From contig NC_043019.1 in the NCBI RefSeq assembly GCF_006345805.1, positions 7,315,360 to 7,379,359 of the forward strand: a stretch of DNA of 64,000 nt, given 5' to 3'. Shown here one piece after another: positions 26,815 to 40,425 of this stretch. Made by a program: the position numbers and the translations under genes. Position 1 is the stretch's first letter; each line of letters starts with the position of its first letter. The notes under the pieces are model-generated. The model was not told the DNA's origin. It did not search any database and worked only from the letters and a program-made list of their open reading frames with translations. Source of the stretch: Octopus sinensis. Lineage: Eukaryota.

Positions 26815-26972
26815 CTTATTTTCTCTCCTTGTTTCTGTGTTCCTTTCTGTGGAAGAGCGTAGGCACCAAACGTTAATGACTTTTCACTTCCCGAGCGAGA
26901 AAACTTATATATCTATTTGTTTTCTACACCAACTGTCTTCGTCTTTTGTTTTTTTTGCGAATTCTCCCTATA
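26815..26972 (+). mobile_element. Hammerhead-variant terminal-repeat family copy (degenerate)
   Basis: ctttctgtggaagagcgtaggcaccaaacgttaatgac...ctgtcttcgtcttttg...tctccctata. Confidence 0.75.
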
Positions 26973-27380
26973 TATATATATATATGTGTGTGTTTGTATT
27001 GAAACATTTACTATATAACAGAAATATTAGCTGTGTTTATGGGAAAATATCAAATGGACAGCAAATTTGCATTGCAAACTATAAAATACTAAATATGATT
27101 TACTCAGCACTTATCTCTTCATGTAAATACATACCATATGTGTGTATGTGTGTGTATGCGTGTGTACGCATGTTGTTTGTGTGTGTGTGTGTTTGTTTGT
27201 GTTTGTGTGTGTATGTGTAATTTAATATATATCTATTTATGTTTTATCTATCTATTTCTCAATCGCTCAAATCACTCTAAACTATATAAATATTATGTAT
27301 ACATATATACTATATAATATATATATATTATACATATATATATACAACATATACATAGTATATATATTTATACATGTATA

Positions 27381-27427
<47 letters not shown>

Positions 27428-27632
27428 ATAAAATATACACACATATATTACATGTACATATGTGTGTTTGTATGTACGTGTATATGTATATTTACATGCA
27501 TACGTATTCATATATATTCATATACTACCTACTTTATACATTGGTATATATATAATATATGTATAAATGCGTTTATATAGATATATGTAATACCCGCACG
27601 TATATACATTATATATTATATATAATATATGT

Positions 27633-27684
<52 letters not shown>

Positions 27685-28527
27685 CTATATCTATATATAA
27701 TATATATATATATATATATGCACCAAAGGCGATCAAATACTCTACCAATTGATCTGGAGTTAGTATATATCTGAAATATATAAATCTAACGACAAAACAA
27801 AACTAAAAATACAACAAAGAAAAATTACAATATGCATAAATTAATTTGAAACAAGTATATAGTCAGCAGTTTAAGATTTTATTATCATTTTGACTTCTCT
27901 TCATTATTTCTCTCCTTTCTCTCCTAAATCCCCATTCCGTTATATTTGTGTCTATATATTTTATATATCATATATTATATTTTTGTATTTCGAAGCTAAA
28001 TACTTTTGAAGCATACTTTGACTGTTATTGTTTTGTTTTTAATTTTCGTTGTTTCCTATTGTCGTTATTTCTATTGCTCACGTGGTCGTTTTGTTGTTGT
28101 TGTCGTTGTTGTTTTTGTTGTTGTTATGCTTCTATTTGAAATATTATGTTTTTTTTACTATTATAGTTCAATTTTGTAAAATTTAAATTCTTTTCATGTT
28201 CTTGTTGATTTTGTAATGAACATTTTGATCATATTCTGCGTGTGTATGTATATATATATATATATATATTATACCTCACATATATAAATATATTCTCTAG
28301 GGGTGTGCTTATGTGTATGTATTATATATATATATATATTATACCTTCACATATATAAATATATTTCTATGGGGGGTGTTATGTATATATATATATATAT
28401 ATAATATATATAATATATATATATATATTATACCTTCACATATATAATATATTTCTATGGGTGTGTGCTTATGTATATATATATATATATACATATAGAT
28501 GTATATGTATATATAACTATTTATATA

Positions 28528-28810
28528 TGGCTGTGTAGCAACAAGCTTGTATCACAACCACATGGCTCCTGGTTCAGTCCCACAGTGTAGCACCTTCGGC
28601 AAGTGTCTTCTGCTATAGCCTCGGGCAGACCAAATCTTTTTCAGTGGATTTGGTAGACGGACACTGAAAGAAACTCTCCTTATACATAAATATATGTATA
28701 TATTTGAGTGAGTGTGTGTGTGTGTGTGTGTGGTGTGTGTGTGTGTGGTGTGTGTGCTTGTCCCCCGACTATCGCTCGACAACCGATTCTGGTATGATTT
28801 TATCCCCGTA
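28528..28810 (+). mobile_element. SINE family A, 3'-truncated
   Basis: tggctgtg...ggttcagtcccacagtgtagcaccttcggcaagtgtcttc..., with internal (TG)n. Confidence 0.88.
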
Positions 28811-28902
28811 AAGTGTACGTCAGATATATAAACGCTTCCATATATATGTATAACTAGATACACACACACACACATACTCGTACACATACACACAAACCCG
28901 TA

Positions 28903-29670
28903 TATTATGCTAGCCAAAATTCTCGTTCCGTTTTGGTCCACTCTAAAGTTGAAGCACTTCGAGAAGTCGCGATCTCCAGTCTCTCTTTTTCTCATGAGGA
29001 CTCGATACTTCAATGTAGTTTGGGAAGAACTTGCAACGAGGCAAGTGTATTTTCTGGAGTAGGTATTGCCTTGAAAACGGAGAGCCAAAAGAACATCGTC
29101 AACATCTCATGAATTTCCATTCGACCAAGGTAAGAATGTAGCCGAATCCTGTGTAGGAAGACGTTGCTATTTCAGAATCTGTGTGTTACGTGTTCTTCAA
29201 GATTTCTATCAGGAAATTTTTCGGTTCAAATTGCAGCTTAATTATATGACGAAAATGTTCGCAGATATTCTCCAGATATCCAAATAAGTGCTGAAAACCA
29301 TCTGCAACAATTTGGTCATGTCAGCCAGTTCAATGGTTTCGTCCAACATTTATTAGTCCTAAGCTCGCCTAACGGATTTGCATCTACGATTAGATGCAGA
29401 ACCGTAAATACAAAAATCCAAAATTTTTTTAAAGAACGATGACACGTTACGCAAAATGGATCGTCTATAGGATGTAAAGCGCAAACCATCATGGCGGAAG
29501 TTTGATGAACCAGCACAAACAACCCCTATCCCAAAGCAGGACCATCAGAAATAAGATCATGCTTTAAATATGATGGAGTTGTGCAGTTGTTTTCGTTCAT
29601 GAGCTTCTCCTGAAGAACAGGAACATCGACTCAGAGAGGAACTGTAATTGGCTGAGCAAACCAAACGTGT
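28903..29670 (+). mobile_element. Mariner transposon remnant (5' TIR plus decayed transposase)
   Basis: TIR-like tattatgctagccaaaattctcgttccgtttt. Fragments ESQKEH, DQGKN, ENHLQQFGHVS, KWIVY..KRKPSWRKFDEPAQT and HELLLKNRNIDSE match the mariner transposase. Confidence 0.85.
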
Positions 29671-29978
29671 TCTTACAGCTTCGGGCATCTTGGATTCTTT
29701 TTTCTGTTACGTGCAGGTTTCTTTTTACTTCCTCCCCCCCACCCCACCGCTCTTAACTCAGTATGACTCATAGTTTGTTGTTAGACATTTTGTATATTTT
29801 TTGCTTATCATTTCTGATATTGAATTTTGTGAACATTTCCTCATTTAAACATGTTGTCTACTTCTCAATTATAAAATTTTAAAATCCTATACATTTAAAT
29901 ACGTTGACCATTAAAATACAACTTTTCGATCAGAAATGTCATATTTTTCAAATTAATTGTAGATCTTCAAAATATACA

Positions 29979-30395
29979 TAGGCGCAGGAGTGGCTGTGTG
30001 GTAGGTAGCTTGCTTACCAACCACATGGTTCCGGGTTCAGTCCCACTGCGTGGCACCTTGGGTAAGTGTCTTCTATTATAGCCTCGGGCCAACTAAAGAC
30101 TTATGAGTGGATTTGGGAGACGGAAACTGAAAGAAGCCCGTCGTATATATGTATATATATATATATATATATGCGTGTGTGTGTGTATGTTTGTCTCCCC
30201 AACATCGCTTGACAACCGATGCTGGCGTGTTTACGTCACCGTAACTTAGCGGTTCGGCAATAAAGACCGATAGATTAAGTACTAGGCTTACAAAGAAGAA
30301 GTCCTGGGGTCGATTTGCTCGACTAAAGGTGGTGCTCCAGCATGGTCGCAGTCAAATGACTGAAACAAGTAAAAGAGTGAAAGAGAGTAAAAGAG
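29979..30395 (+). mobile_element. Full-length tRNA-derived SINE family A
   Basis: A box tggctgtgtgg, B box ggttcagtcc, CORE-like gcaccttgggtaagtgtctt, internal (TA)n(TG)n, and tail ggtgctccagcatggtcgcagtcaaatgactgaaac plus (gtaaaaga)n. Confidence 0.92.
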
Positions 30396-31207
30396 TATAT
30401 ATACATACATCTATCACTTACGTATATATAAACATACATACATATATGTATATATGTATGTATATCCGTGTATGTATGTATGTTTGTGTATGTCTGTGAG
30501 TGTGTGTGTGTGTATGTGCATGTGCGATGACACACACAAGATTCCTTCTTTCTATTTCTCTCTATATTATTTTGCTCATTCTCTGATCTATGGGATTTGC
30601 TTATTGAACGAAATAACGGGCAAACTATTTGAATTGTCCAATTGGTGTTATCGTGATTAGTTCTTGGACAAACCAGATTGGAATTTACCAACAACTGTAT
30701 AAACGCTCATGACTTCGACCTGTGACTAGTTTGATAAGTGGCAACGCACGAAACACGCGGACCTCGAGTCACTTTGTTACCTCCGCAAAATATTAGCAAA
30801 AATATGCATATATTCCTATCTCGGGTTCTATTATTCCTGCTTGATTCAACACATATATATATATATATATATACTATATATATATATATATATATATATA
30901 TGATTATATGAGTATATATGTTAATCAAATCTATCTAATAAGAATACAATATACTGAATTTCTAATAAGTTCTCTTGGTAGGGAAATGTCTGAAACATTA
31001 AAGGTATTTAGACATTCCATAAGAGCGATTATATATTATATTATAAAATTAGAGCAGGATAATTACATCAAAAAATCATCAAAGAAAGATACAAGTCCAA
31101 TATTGTATTAATAGATAGATGATTAAATATATAAAGTATGATTATTTACAAAGTTTAAAAGTTTATATATGAATATATATTAGCAATATGTATGTATGAA
31201 CTTGTGT

Positions 31208-31238
<31 letters not shown>

Positions 31239-31956
31239 TTGTGTGTGTGTGTGTGTGTAAATATAAATGTTTCTTTTTATGTTCAGGTATAGAAAATGTA
31301 ATTTTACAGTAATCCGAGTTACTCTGCAATTACGTAGACGAGAAATTTATTATTATTATTATTATTATTATTTTAACCCGAAATAATCATACGCATTATA
31401 TAGTCGTACTTTACGTGTTTATCGCTGTTCTTATTTCATCTTATGTCCATTTTCCGGAATTCTTTTTTGTACCCTTGTACCCTATGTATGTCTGTGTGTG
31501 TGTGTGCGCGCGCCTGTGTGTGTGTTACGGAGAAATACGTACAATTGAGACGTTTACACACACAGATAATATATATATATTAATATATATATATATACAT
31601 ACGACCAATAACAGCATACCTTGTTATAATGCAGGGAAGGTTCCCGTTGAGAGGTTGTTGATATTACATACAATGTTGAAAACTAATGGTGTGCAAATTA
31701 GCTCTCTAAAGCGGTTGGATTAGATTTCTGTATAAACAGAATGCCTACTTATTTCGTTGGGATTGGTCAAGTGAAGTAGACATTTCTGATAAGTCTACAA
31801 TAAAGGTCGAAAATCGATTGACGCTATTCAGTTTTTCAATCTACATAGAAATAGGGTAAATCCGACAAATTTGTACTCCAAAGCCTTCCCTAAATTTATA
31901 TGCACGTATATGACTTTATGTTGTATGTATATATGTATATATATATATATATATAT

Positions 31957-32075
31957 AGGAGATGTACTCGCATAGCAAGTAATTTGATCTGAGATCGTGT
32001 GCTGAAACGAAAACAATTGCAGCGTGGAAGGGTTTATAAGCCATGGCTTATAAACACCTTCCACGCTGCAATTGT
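31957..32075. repeat. Short element ending in a 63-bp loopless palindrome (32013-32075), flanked by (TA)n
   Basis: acaattgcagcgtggaagg-gtttataagcca|tggcttataaacaccttccacgctgcaattgt; only one indel between arms. Confidence 0.9.
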
Positions 32076-32095
32076 GTATATATATATATATACAT

Positions 32096-32213
32096 CCGAA
32101 AGGATGAAGGCGAAGTCGACCTCGGCGGAATTTGAACTCACAACGTAACGGCAGACGAAATACCGCTAAGCATTTCGCCCGACATGCTAACGTTTCTGCC
32201 AGCTCGCCGCCTT
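32096..32213 (-). mobile_element. SINE family B 5' half
   Basis: Near-identical reverse complement of 37729-37845. Confidence 0.9.
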
Positions 32214-32628
32214 AATAACAATACTGTTTAGCGTTCAGTCCCACTGTGTGGCACCTTGAGCAAGTGCCGTCCACAGTAGCTTCGAGCCGACCAAAGCTTT
32301 GTGCATAGATTTGGTCGACAGAAACTGAAAGAAGTCCGTAAGAACACAAGAAGACACGTGCACACACACACACATGTACAAGAACAAAATAACACAAAAC
32401 ACACACACATCTACGCATATGCACACATACATATACACAGAGATACGCTCAATTGCACGCACGCACACACACACACACACGTGCGAGGGAATGCGTATAC
32501 GCACGCGTATAGACGCTTACAAATTCATAAAACGATTACACGCGTATGCGCAGAGACACTGGGATGCAAACACATACACACACAGACTTAAATGTATACA
32601 TACATACCTACATACATACATAAGGTAA

Positions 32629-32870
32629 GTGGAAGAGGAGATTTATGGACCATTGATGAAGAGTTTGCAAATCCATTATCCATGATATACTTGCACCTTC
32701 TTACCTATAATTATTGGAGCAAAAGAATACACACTAACAGCTCTGGGGCAAAGTATGGTTAAAATAGGGTTCTTGGGAAGAGAATACACATCCTTAGTTA
32801 ACATGCTGCAGATGATCAGGATATCTAGGGGCTAGGATTTAGACAAGGATGAACAAAAGAGGACATACGT
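32629..32870 (+). mobile_element. C-terminal fragment of an RLE-type (R4/Dong-like) LINE
   Basis: VEEEIYGPLMKSLQIHYP*YTCTFLPIIIGA...KIGF...LQM matches the end of the restriction-like endonuclease domain. Preceded by (CATA)n. Confidence 0.65.
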
Positions 32871-32880
32871 ACATGCCTGC

Positions 32881-32924
<44 letters not shown>

Positions 32925-33373
32925 GGGATTAGACTTATTCTCAGACAGACTCAAGGCAGACCTTGGAGACTGCGAGCATATCAAAGAACAGGTCACGAAT
33001 AATTACGACAGAAATTTGATAGACAAACGATTACTGTTCAATCCTCGCGTTAAACAATTAAACAAACGATCAATAAGTTAATTGGTTGCAAAAACTAAAG
33101 AAGTGGTTTTAAACCAGTGCAGGTGCTTATATTTGTATTGGCATGCTGATCTTCCATAGACAAGACAAGATGTTTTTAAGCACACGGTTTCACATTAAGG
33201 ATCTTGTAAACCAAATTGAAAAACGAAGTAAAAAAAATATCGATAGAACTATTCATACATACACACATACGTACATACGTACGTACATGCATACACACGT
33301 ACATACATACATACATACATACATACATACATACATACATTACATACATACATACGTACGTACATACATACAT

Positions 33374-33625
33374 ATACCTGTCATTATTTAGGCACTGGGA
33401 TATGTAATGCACTGCCTAATTACTAATCTTGAGAAATTAAGTTTCTCAAAGCTAGAAAGGAGAAAGCTGATTGGAAGACTACAGATGCAAGCTATCATTG
33501 GAACAGTTAAATCTGTAAAATTTCACGGAAGTTTATCATTACAGTATATGAGAGCATGTCTAGACATGAAACTATAAGCATATGAAGACATACATAAAAC
33601 AGAATTTAGGAAATATAGGAACCTG
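33374..33625 (+). mobile_element. 3' end of an RLE-type (R4/Dong-like) LINE
   Basis: IPVII*ALGYVMHCLITNLEKLSFSKLERRKLIGRLQMQAIIGTVK/ICK begins immediately after a long (CATA)n. Confidence 0.75.
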
Positions 33626-33634
33626 CACGTACAT

Positions 33635-33830
33635 ATTATTTTATTCTTTTATTTGTTTCAGTTATTTCAGTGGCCATACTGGAGCACCACCTTTAGTCGA
33701 ATAAATCGAACCCAGGATTTATTCTTTGTAAGCCTAGATCTTATTCTATCGGTCTCTTTTGCCGAACCTCTAAGTTACGTAGACATAAACACACCAATCT
33801 CGGCTGTCACGAGATGGTCGAGTAAAAAAC

Positions 33831-33871
<41 letters not shown>

Positions 33872-34205
33872 CGCGCGCGCACACACACATACGGCAGACT
33901 TCTTTCAGTTTCCGTCTACCAAATCCACTCCCAAGGCTTTAGTCGATCCGAAGTTTATAGTAGAAAGCATTTGGCTACTCCTGCGCCAATGAATACGCCG
34001 ATTTTCATTCTTTTTTTCTTGTACATGTTTTAGTTATTTGAACCAAGACATATACTATCGTAGTCTTTTGACAAACCGCTAGGTTACGGGAACGGAAACA
34101 CACCAACATCGGTTGTCAAGCGATGGTGGAGGCACAAGCACACATACACACACAAATATATATGAATATCTTTAAGACAGGTTTCTTTTCGGTTTCCATC
34201 TAAAC
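33635..34205 (-). mobile_element. SINE family A copy (33635-33990) plus a partial second copy (34060-34205)
   Basis: Reverse-complement match to 29979-30395. Confidence 0.85.
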
Positions 34206-34363
34206 GCTTACAACTACGCAAATTTAAATTATTTTAACTGCCGTACGTTTATACCCATTGATAAACAAGTAAATGTAGAAACTAGCTTGATACGTATACA
34301 AAAATTTATTTCAAACAGTAGAAGTTTTTCAAATTCAGGTGCATTTTCAACAACATATACTCG

Positions 34364-34399
<36 letters not shown>

Positions 34400-34535
34400 A
34401 TATATATTATATATATATTATATATATATATATATTATATATTATGTATGTATATATATATACATATATATATATAGCTAGAAAGTTAAATTAGTTCGGC
34501 TAATAGAGAGATAGATAGATAGACTGATTGAAGAA

Positions 34536-34583
<48 letters not shown>

Positions 34584-34683
34584 GAGAAAGGAATGCAAAT
34601 AACATTGTTAAATATATTTTATTTTTCAAAGTTCATATATATAGATATTTTAATGCTCACATATCCCCAGTCATTCGCGCACG

Positions 34684-34771
<88 letters not shown>

Positions 34772-35731
34772 TATACAGAGAGACAGACAGAGAGAGATGC
34801 ATAAATTACACTACGAAACGGACATATTAAAGCGTCTTATGTATATACGTATGAATGCTTATCTGTTACCCCTCAAAAGCAACACATTAGCACCGATTTT
34901 ACTATATATAAGCACACTCACAAAGACACAAATACACTCACGCAAACACACATATGTGAGCATATATATATATATATATATAACATGTGTGCTCACCATT
35001 TAACACAGGCACTGTAAATCAGAGGTTAAAATGAAGTTCATGACACATCTATCATACGATCGAAAAGTCAGAACGCAATACTTATATTGAGCTTAATAGC
35101 AGTAACAACACCAACAACGACGGCAGACGACAACGACAACGACAACAACAACAATAACAGCTATAAAATACAATTAAATTGATCAATATTATTAGAATTT
35201 CAAAAGACTAAAATACATAAACTAATCTATCAGCAAGCGATAAAACGAAACCTTTCCTAAAAACATTATCTTCATTTGTTAGTAAAACTCGTTTGAACAT
35301 TGATTAGCTGATATAAATAATTGATTATAGTAGAAATATTGGAATTTATTTATTTATTATATTTGATATATTTTTTTATTTTATTTGATATTTTATATTT
35401 TGTGTCTATATGTGATTGATTCATGGAGAGGCAACTATATCAATATTTCCCGACATCAAAGAGGATTCGAAGGAAATTCAAAATGGCAGAAGACATAGAT
35501 TTGCGAAGCAAACGACAAGTTGTTGAAAAACGGAAAGGAATAAAAGGAAAGGAAAGCTAACGCCAACACACAACGATGGGGGAATATGGGATATTATTAT
35601 CATTGCTAATATCTTTTGTGATTACAATACAAATTTTTATTCCTGATCTTCTCATACTTAACTAACTTAAACACACACGAAGACATTATAACTGTGTGTA
35701 TGAATGCGTGTGTATATATAAGTGTGCGTGA

Positions 35732-35780
<49 letters not shown>

Positions 35781-35993
35781 GATCTGCATATAATACATAT
35801 ATAAATGCATTCATATACATATACACAAACACACACATATATATGTTGTGTATATATATATATAATATATAATATATATATATATATACATATATATAAA
35901 TATGTATATGTATGTATATATATATATATGTACATATATATATATTCACATATAATATATATATATATATGTGTTCTGTATCTATGTATAATA

Positions 35994-36042
<49 letters not shown>

Positions 36043-36649
36043 ATATATATACATATATTTCTGTATGTATGTATATATTCATATATATATATATATATAT
36101 ATATACATACCTAAATCTAACGTATAAGTATATACATATACAGAGAGAAACAGAAAGAAAGAAATGGAGGAAGAAAGAAAGAAAGAAAGAAAGAAAAGAA
36201 AAGTAGACTAATTTTAAGGTCATACTAAAACCCGGCTTTTCCCAACCGCACGAGGAAATGTAAGATTCACGTCTATAAATTGTTTAGTTGCAGAGTTGAA
36301 GTGAGAGGAGCTAAATTATTGGAGGAGCAATCAAAACTTCAAGTTTCTCACTAAAAGTGTCGACAAATTAGTAGGATGGCCTAAAACCATAAAGTTGAAA
36401 GGAGGGGAGATAGGAATTAATAGAGATTTATGTTGAATATGTGTGTTTGTGTGCGAAATGTGTGTTGTTTGATAAATTACCGTTAAAAGCCATCCTGAGC
36501 TTTGGGATTCGTATTCATTAATGATCAATAATTATTCATATATTAACTGACATCTTAGTTAATACGAGTAGTAATGTGCGTGTCTGTGTGTACATATGCG
36601 TGTGGGGGGTGTAGGTGTGTGGGTGGGTGTGCGTGTGCTTCTTTAATAT

Positions 36650-37060
36650 TGGTTTCTAACTTTGAAACGAGACCACCAATTACGTGGAGGTATGTAAATC
36701 GATTATATCGGCCTCGGGGTTCCTCTGCTATTCATTTTATCCATAAAAGGCAGAGTCCACCACGGCGGAATTAGAACTCAGAACGTAGAGACAGACGAAA
36801 CGCCACTAAGCATTTTGTCCGGTGCAGAAACGATTCCGCCAAGTCACCGCCTTGTCTTTTATTAATGTTGCTTTCAAATTTTGACACAAGGCCAGTGATA
36901 TCGGAGCCAGAGGTGGGTTAAGTTTATTAAATTAATCCAGTGCTAAACTGGTATTCATTTTAGTGACCCCGAAATTATGAAAGGCAAAGTGGACTCCGGC
37001 GGAATTTGAAACGTGAAGATGAACGTCGGGGTGCAAACGAATCTCCCAACCTGCCACTTT
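36650..37060 (-). mobile_element. Two tandem SINE family B copies, minus strand
   Basis: cggcggaatt(a/t)gaa...; tgaaaggcaaagtggac; aagcattttgtccggtgc. Confidence 0.85.
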
Positions 37061-37507
37061 GTGCTTCTTTCATATTAAGTTCAGTTTCTCTCTGGACTAA
37101 GCCTTGTTGATGCCTGTGGGAGCTCATTTAGTGAGCGATTTTGAACCGTGGGGATCCTGCATCAAACCTTTCAATTCATATTTTCCTTTTTCTTGATGGT
37201 GGTTAGTTTTCTGCTGTTTTACGATTACAGATCTTGGATGCACTGGCCGTATTTCTACGCATCCAGCTTCATACGGTGGTTCCTGCTTTCTTATAAAGTG
37301 TCCTCTGTTCTGCTGGGGCTAAGTCTATCCCTCCCACTGGGCTAGTATGTTAGTGGAGAAAAACCCAATAACAGCGTTGGAGTTGCTAAAGCAAGGTACT
37401 GGCCGTTATACTGCAACCCATGATAAAGTTAAGATTAGACGCCTGACATTTCGGAAAAAATAGAGTGAATTTGATAAAGTGAATGTTGCTGATATTAAAT
37501 CATGTAA

Positions 37508-38550
37508 GTCGGCGAGCTGGCAGAATCGCATACAATGCTTAGCGGCATTTCGTCTGTCCTTACGTTCTGAGTTCAAAATTCCTTTTGTGGTCGATAAAAT
37601 AAGTATCAGTTGAAAACTGGGGTCGTTATTATCGGTTTACTCACTCCACAGGCAAAATTGCTGGCCTTCTGCGAAAATTAGAGACCATTATCTTAAAGCT
37701 AGAACCTGGCAGAATCACAAAGAATGTTAAGGCGGCGAGGTGGCAGAAACGTTAGCACACCGGGCGAAATGCTTAGCGGTGTTTCGTCTGCCGTTACATT
37801 CTGAGTTCAAATTCCGCCGAGGTCGACTTTGCCTTTCATCATTTCGGGGTCGATAAATTAAGTACTAGTTACGTACTGGGGTCGATATAATCGACTAATG
37901 TCCTTGTTTGTCCCCTCTATGTTTAGCCCCTTGTGGTCAATAAAGAAATAAGAATCAGTCCCACGTTGGACAAAATACTTAGCGCCATTTCGTTCTGAGT
38001 TCAAATTACGCCGAGGTTGTCTTTACTTACCATCCTTTCGGGCTTGATAAAATATGTACCAGTCTAGCACTGAACTCGGTGTTATCGACTAACCCCACCC
38101 ACTCGCCCAAATTTTCAGGCCTTGTGTCAATGGTAGGAAGGAATATTATATCCGGTACAATGACAGATAAAACATTTAGTGGTTCTTCTTCCGGCCCTTT
38201 ACCTCCAGGGTTCAAATTCTACCAAGATCGATTCCATCCGTTCGGTGATAACAGCGTAATTATCAGTCAAGCACTGGGAACGTTGAAATCGATTTGACCC
38301 TTCTCTTCAAAACTGCTGACCTTATTCGAAATTAGAAAAAAAATTATTAAATTTTGAACTAAAGTGAAACTGCCAGAATCGTGAGGGCCTCGTCCAAAAT
38401 AATCAACGCTATTCACGTTCTGAATTCAGAATCTACTCAGGTCGCCTCTACATTTTAACCTCTCAGGGTCGATGAACTAAGTACCAGTCAAGTACTGGGG
38501 TCCATGTAATCGACCTGTCCCTTCCCATCAATACTGCTGTCCTTGTAGCA
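37508..38550 (+). mobile_element. Head-to-tail run of ~5 SINE family B copies; best copy 37729-37950
   Basis: Recurrent ggcggcgag(c/g)tggcagaa.cg...ttctgagttcaaatt...gtcgat...aagtac.agt...ctggggtc. Confidence 0.88.
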
Positions 38551-39232
38551 CAGTAAATGAAAAAAAAAATTAAATCCTGAACTTAACGAATCTAAAATCT
38601 AACACGATTCCGTAAATTTAGTTTTTTCTAAATTATTTACTAGAATGTCTGCACCATTTTCACGTATTTAGAACTCAAATTTGCAAACTCATGAATATCT
38701 TTATAACTTGAGTAAGTCTAAACAAATAACCATAGTTCACCCATTTATAAAACTATTGCCAAAGCATACGCTGGTGTTGTTTACTTAAAATCTAAGTACT
38801 TTGAATGTAAGCCGCTTAGGTATTAGTAATAAAATCTTAGATAGATTATTATTTGCATTATTAATAAGAAATGTTATCTCATACGTGTAATTGTCATTTC
38901 ACTTCAGTTTGCGTCTACCGAGGCTAATTTTCTAGAAGTATAGAAGTTCTTTGTTGTGTCAATTAACAGATTATTTCAGTGTAACTTAAAGTTCGACGTT
39001 CATAATGTACTTCGTTCTTCAGTTAAAATGCTTATAGATTTCGTTGATGACTTCAAAAACTATTTTCAACAAACAGTAATGAATTTACGCCTACATCAGA
39101 TATAAACTTATTCAGGAATATGCATATGAGTTTGCTGTATTCGGAGAATTCGTATGACATTTCAGCTAAAGGATTTGGAGGGACAACGCGTACGGAAAGA
39201 TTATCATGGAAGACAAGCGAACAAATATATAT

Positions 39233-39428
39233 AGGGAGAGTTTACGAAAAAAAAACGAAAGACGAAGACAGGTGGTGTACAAAACAAACAGATGTATTAG
39301 TATAACGCTCGAGAATAGAAAATGTCTTTTTCGTTTCGAGCCTACGCTCTTCTACAGAAAGGGACATTGAAAAAACAAGGAGAGAAACAAGAAGAGACAA
39401 AAAATGTGTGTAGTGGCTAACGATCTAG
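39233..39428 (-). mobile_element. Hammerhead-variant terminal-repeat family copy
   Basis: Minus strand ccttt-ctgtaga-a-gagc-gtag-gctc-gaaac-gaa-aaaga (39324-39363), with flanks homologous to 13425-13635. Confidence 0.8.
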
Positions 39429-40392
39429 GAGAAGGTTTAAGTATTTGCTAATATCAGATTCGAATCTTTGTTAATTGCTCGAAGTATTGACTTCAACTGG
39501 TGAAAACAATAAGGGTTCACCTTCGATAGAAACTGTATAAGAAAATTGGGGTTCCGATTTACTATGAAGACATGCTTCATGGATAAAGATATCCAGGCAG
39601 AAATGATTTTAAGAATAGAAAACTATGAATTCAGAATGGTAGTGAAGTGCTTAATGTAGAGAAACGGAACTATGCAGTTGGTAAGCAAGCTACTTATCAC
39701 ACAACCACTCCTGTTTATTGAGAGAAGGGTGATTTGCCAAATAATGTACATACTTTCACACATACGTACAAAAGCATGTGTGTGTGTGCGCGCGTGTGTT
39801 TATGTCCGTGTGTGTGTGTATGTGTGTTTGTGTGTGTGTAAATGCCGTATCCTAGTATGTGTGTATTGTTTTGCGGGTATATGACAATGTGTATCGATGA
39901 TAAGAGTAGCATTAAATTGAGGGTGTGGGTTTCGGAGGCAACGGCGACCAGCATGTGTGTCTGTGAGTCTGTGTAAGGGCAGGAGGGAAGAGACACTTCA
40001 TTTGTGCTGGTCTATCAACGAAGAATACTTACATCTGGGAGAATGAGCATGCGCAGGTGTGTGTACAATTCGGCGAGTATGTGTACGTGAGAGGGAGGGG
40101 GAGAGAGGAGGGTGGAGGAGGTGGAGTGAAAGAAAGAAGGAATGAAAGAGTGCAAGTGTTGTCGGTGGTTTGTAGAGGAGGGTGCCTGGAGGAATAAAAG
40201 AGAGAAATTAGCAATTCCGTTAGCACCAAACTACCATACATCACAAACCTTGTGACTGAATCCCATCACGCGCACACACACACAGACACAGAGACACATA
40301 CACACAATACACACACGAATGTATATGTACATTAAACACAGACATACACACATTTATATATAAATGTGTAAATATATATCTGCGTGTGTATG

Positions 40393-40425
<33 letters not shown>

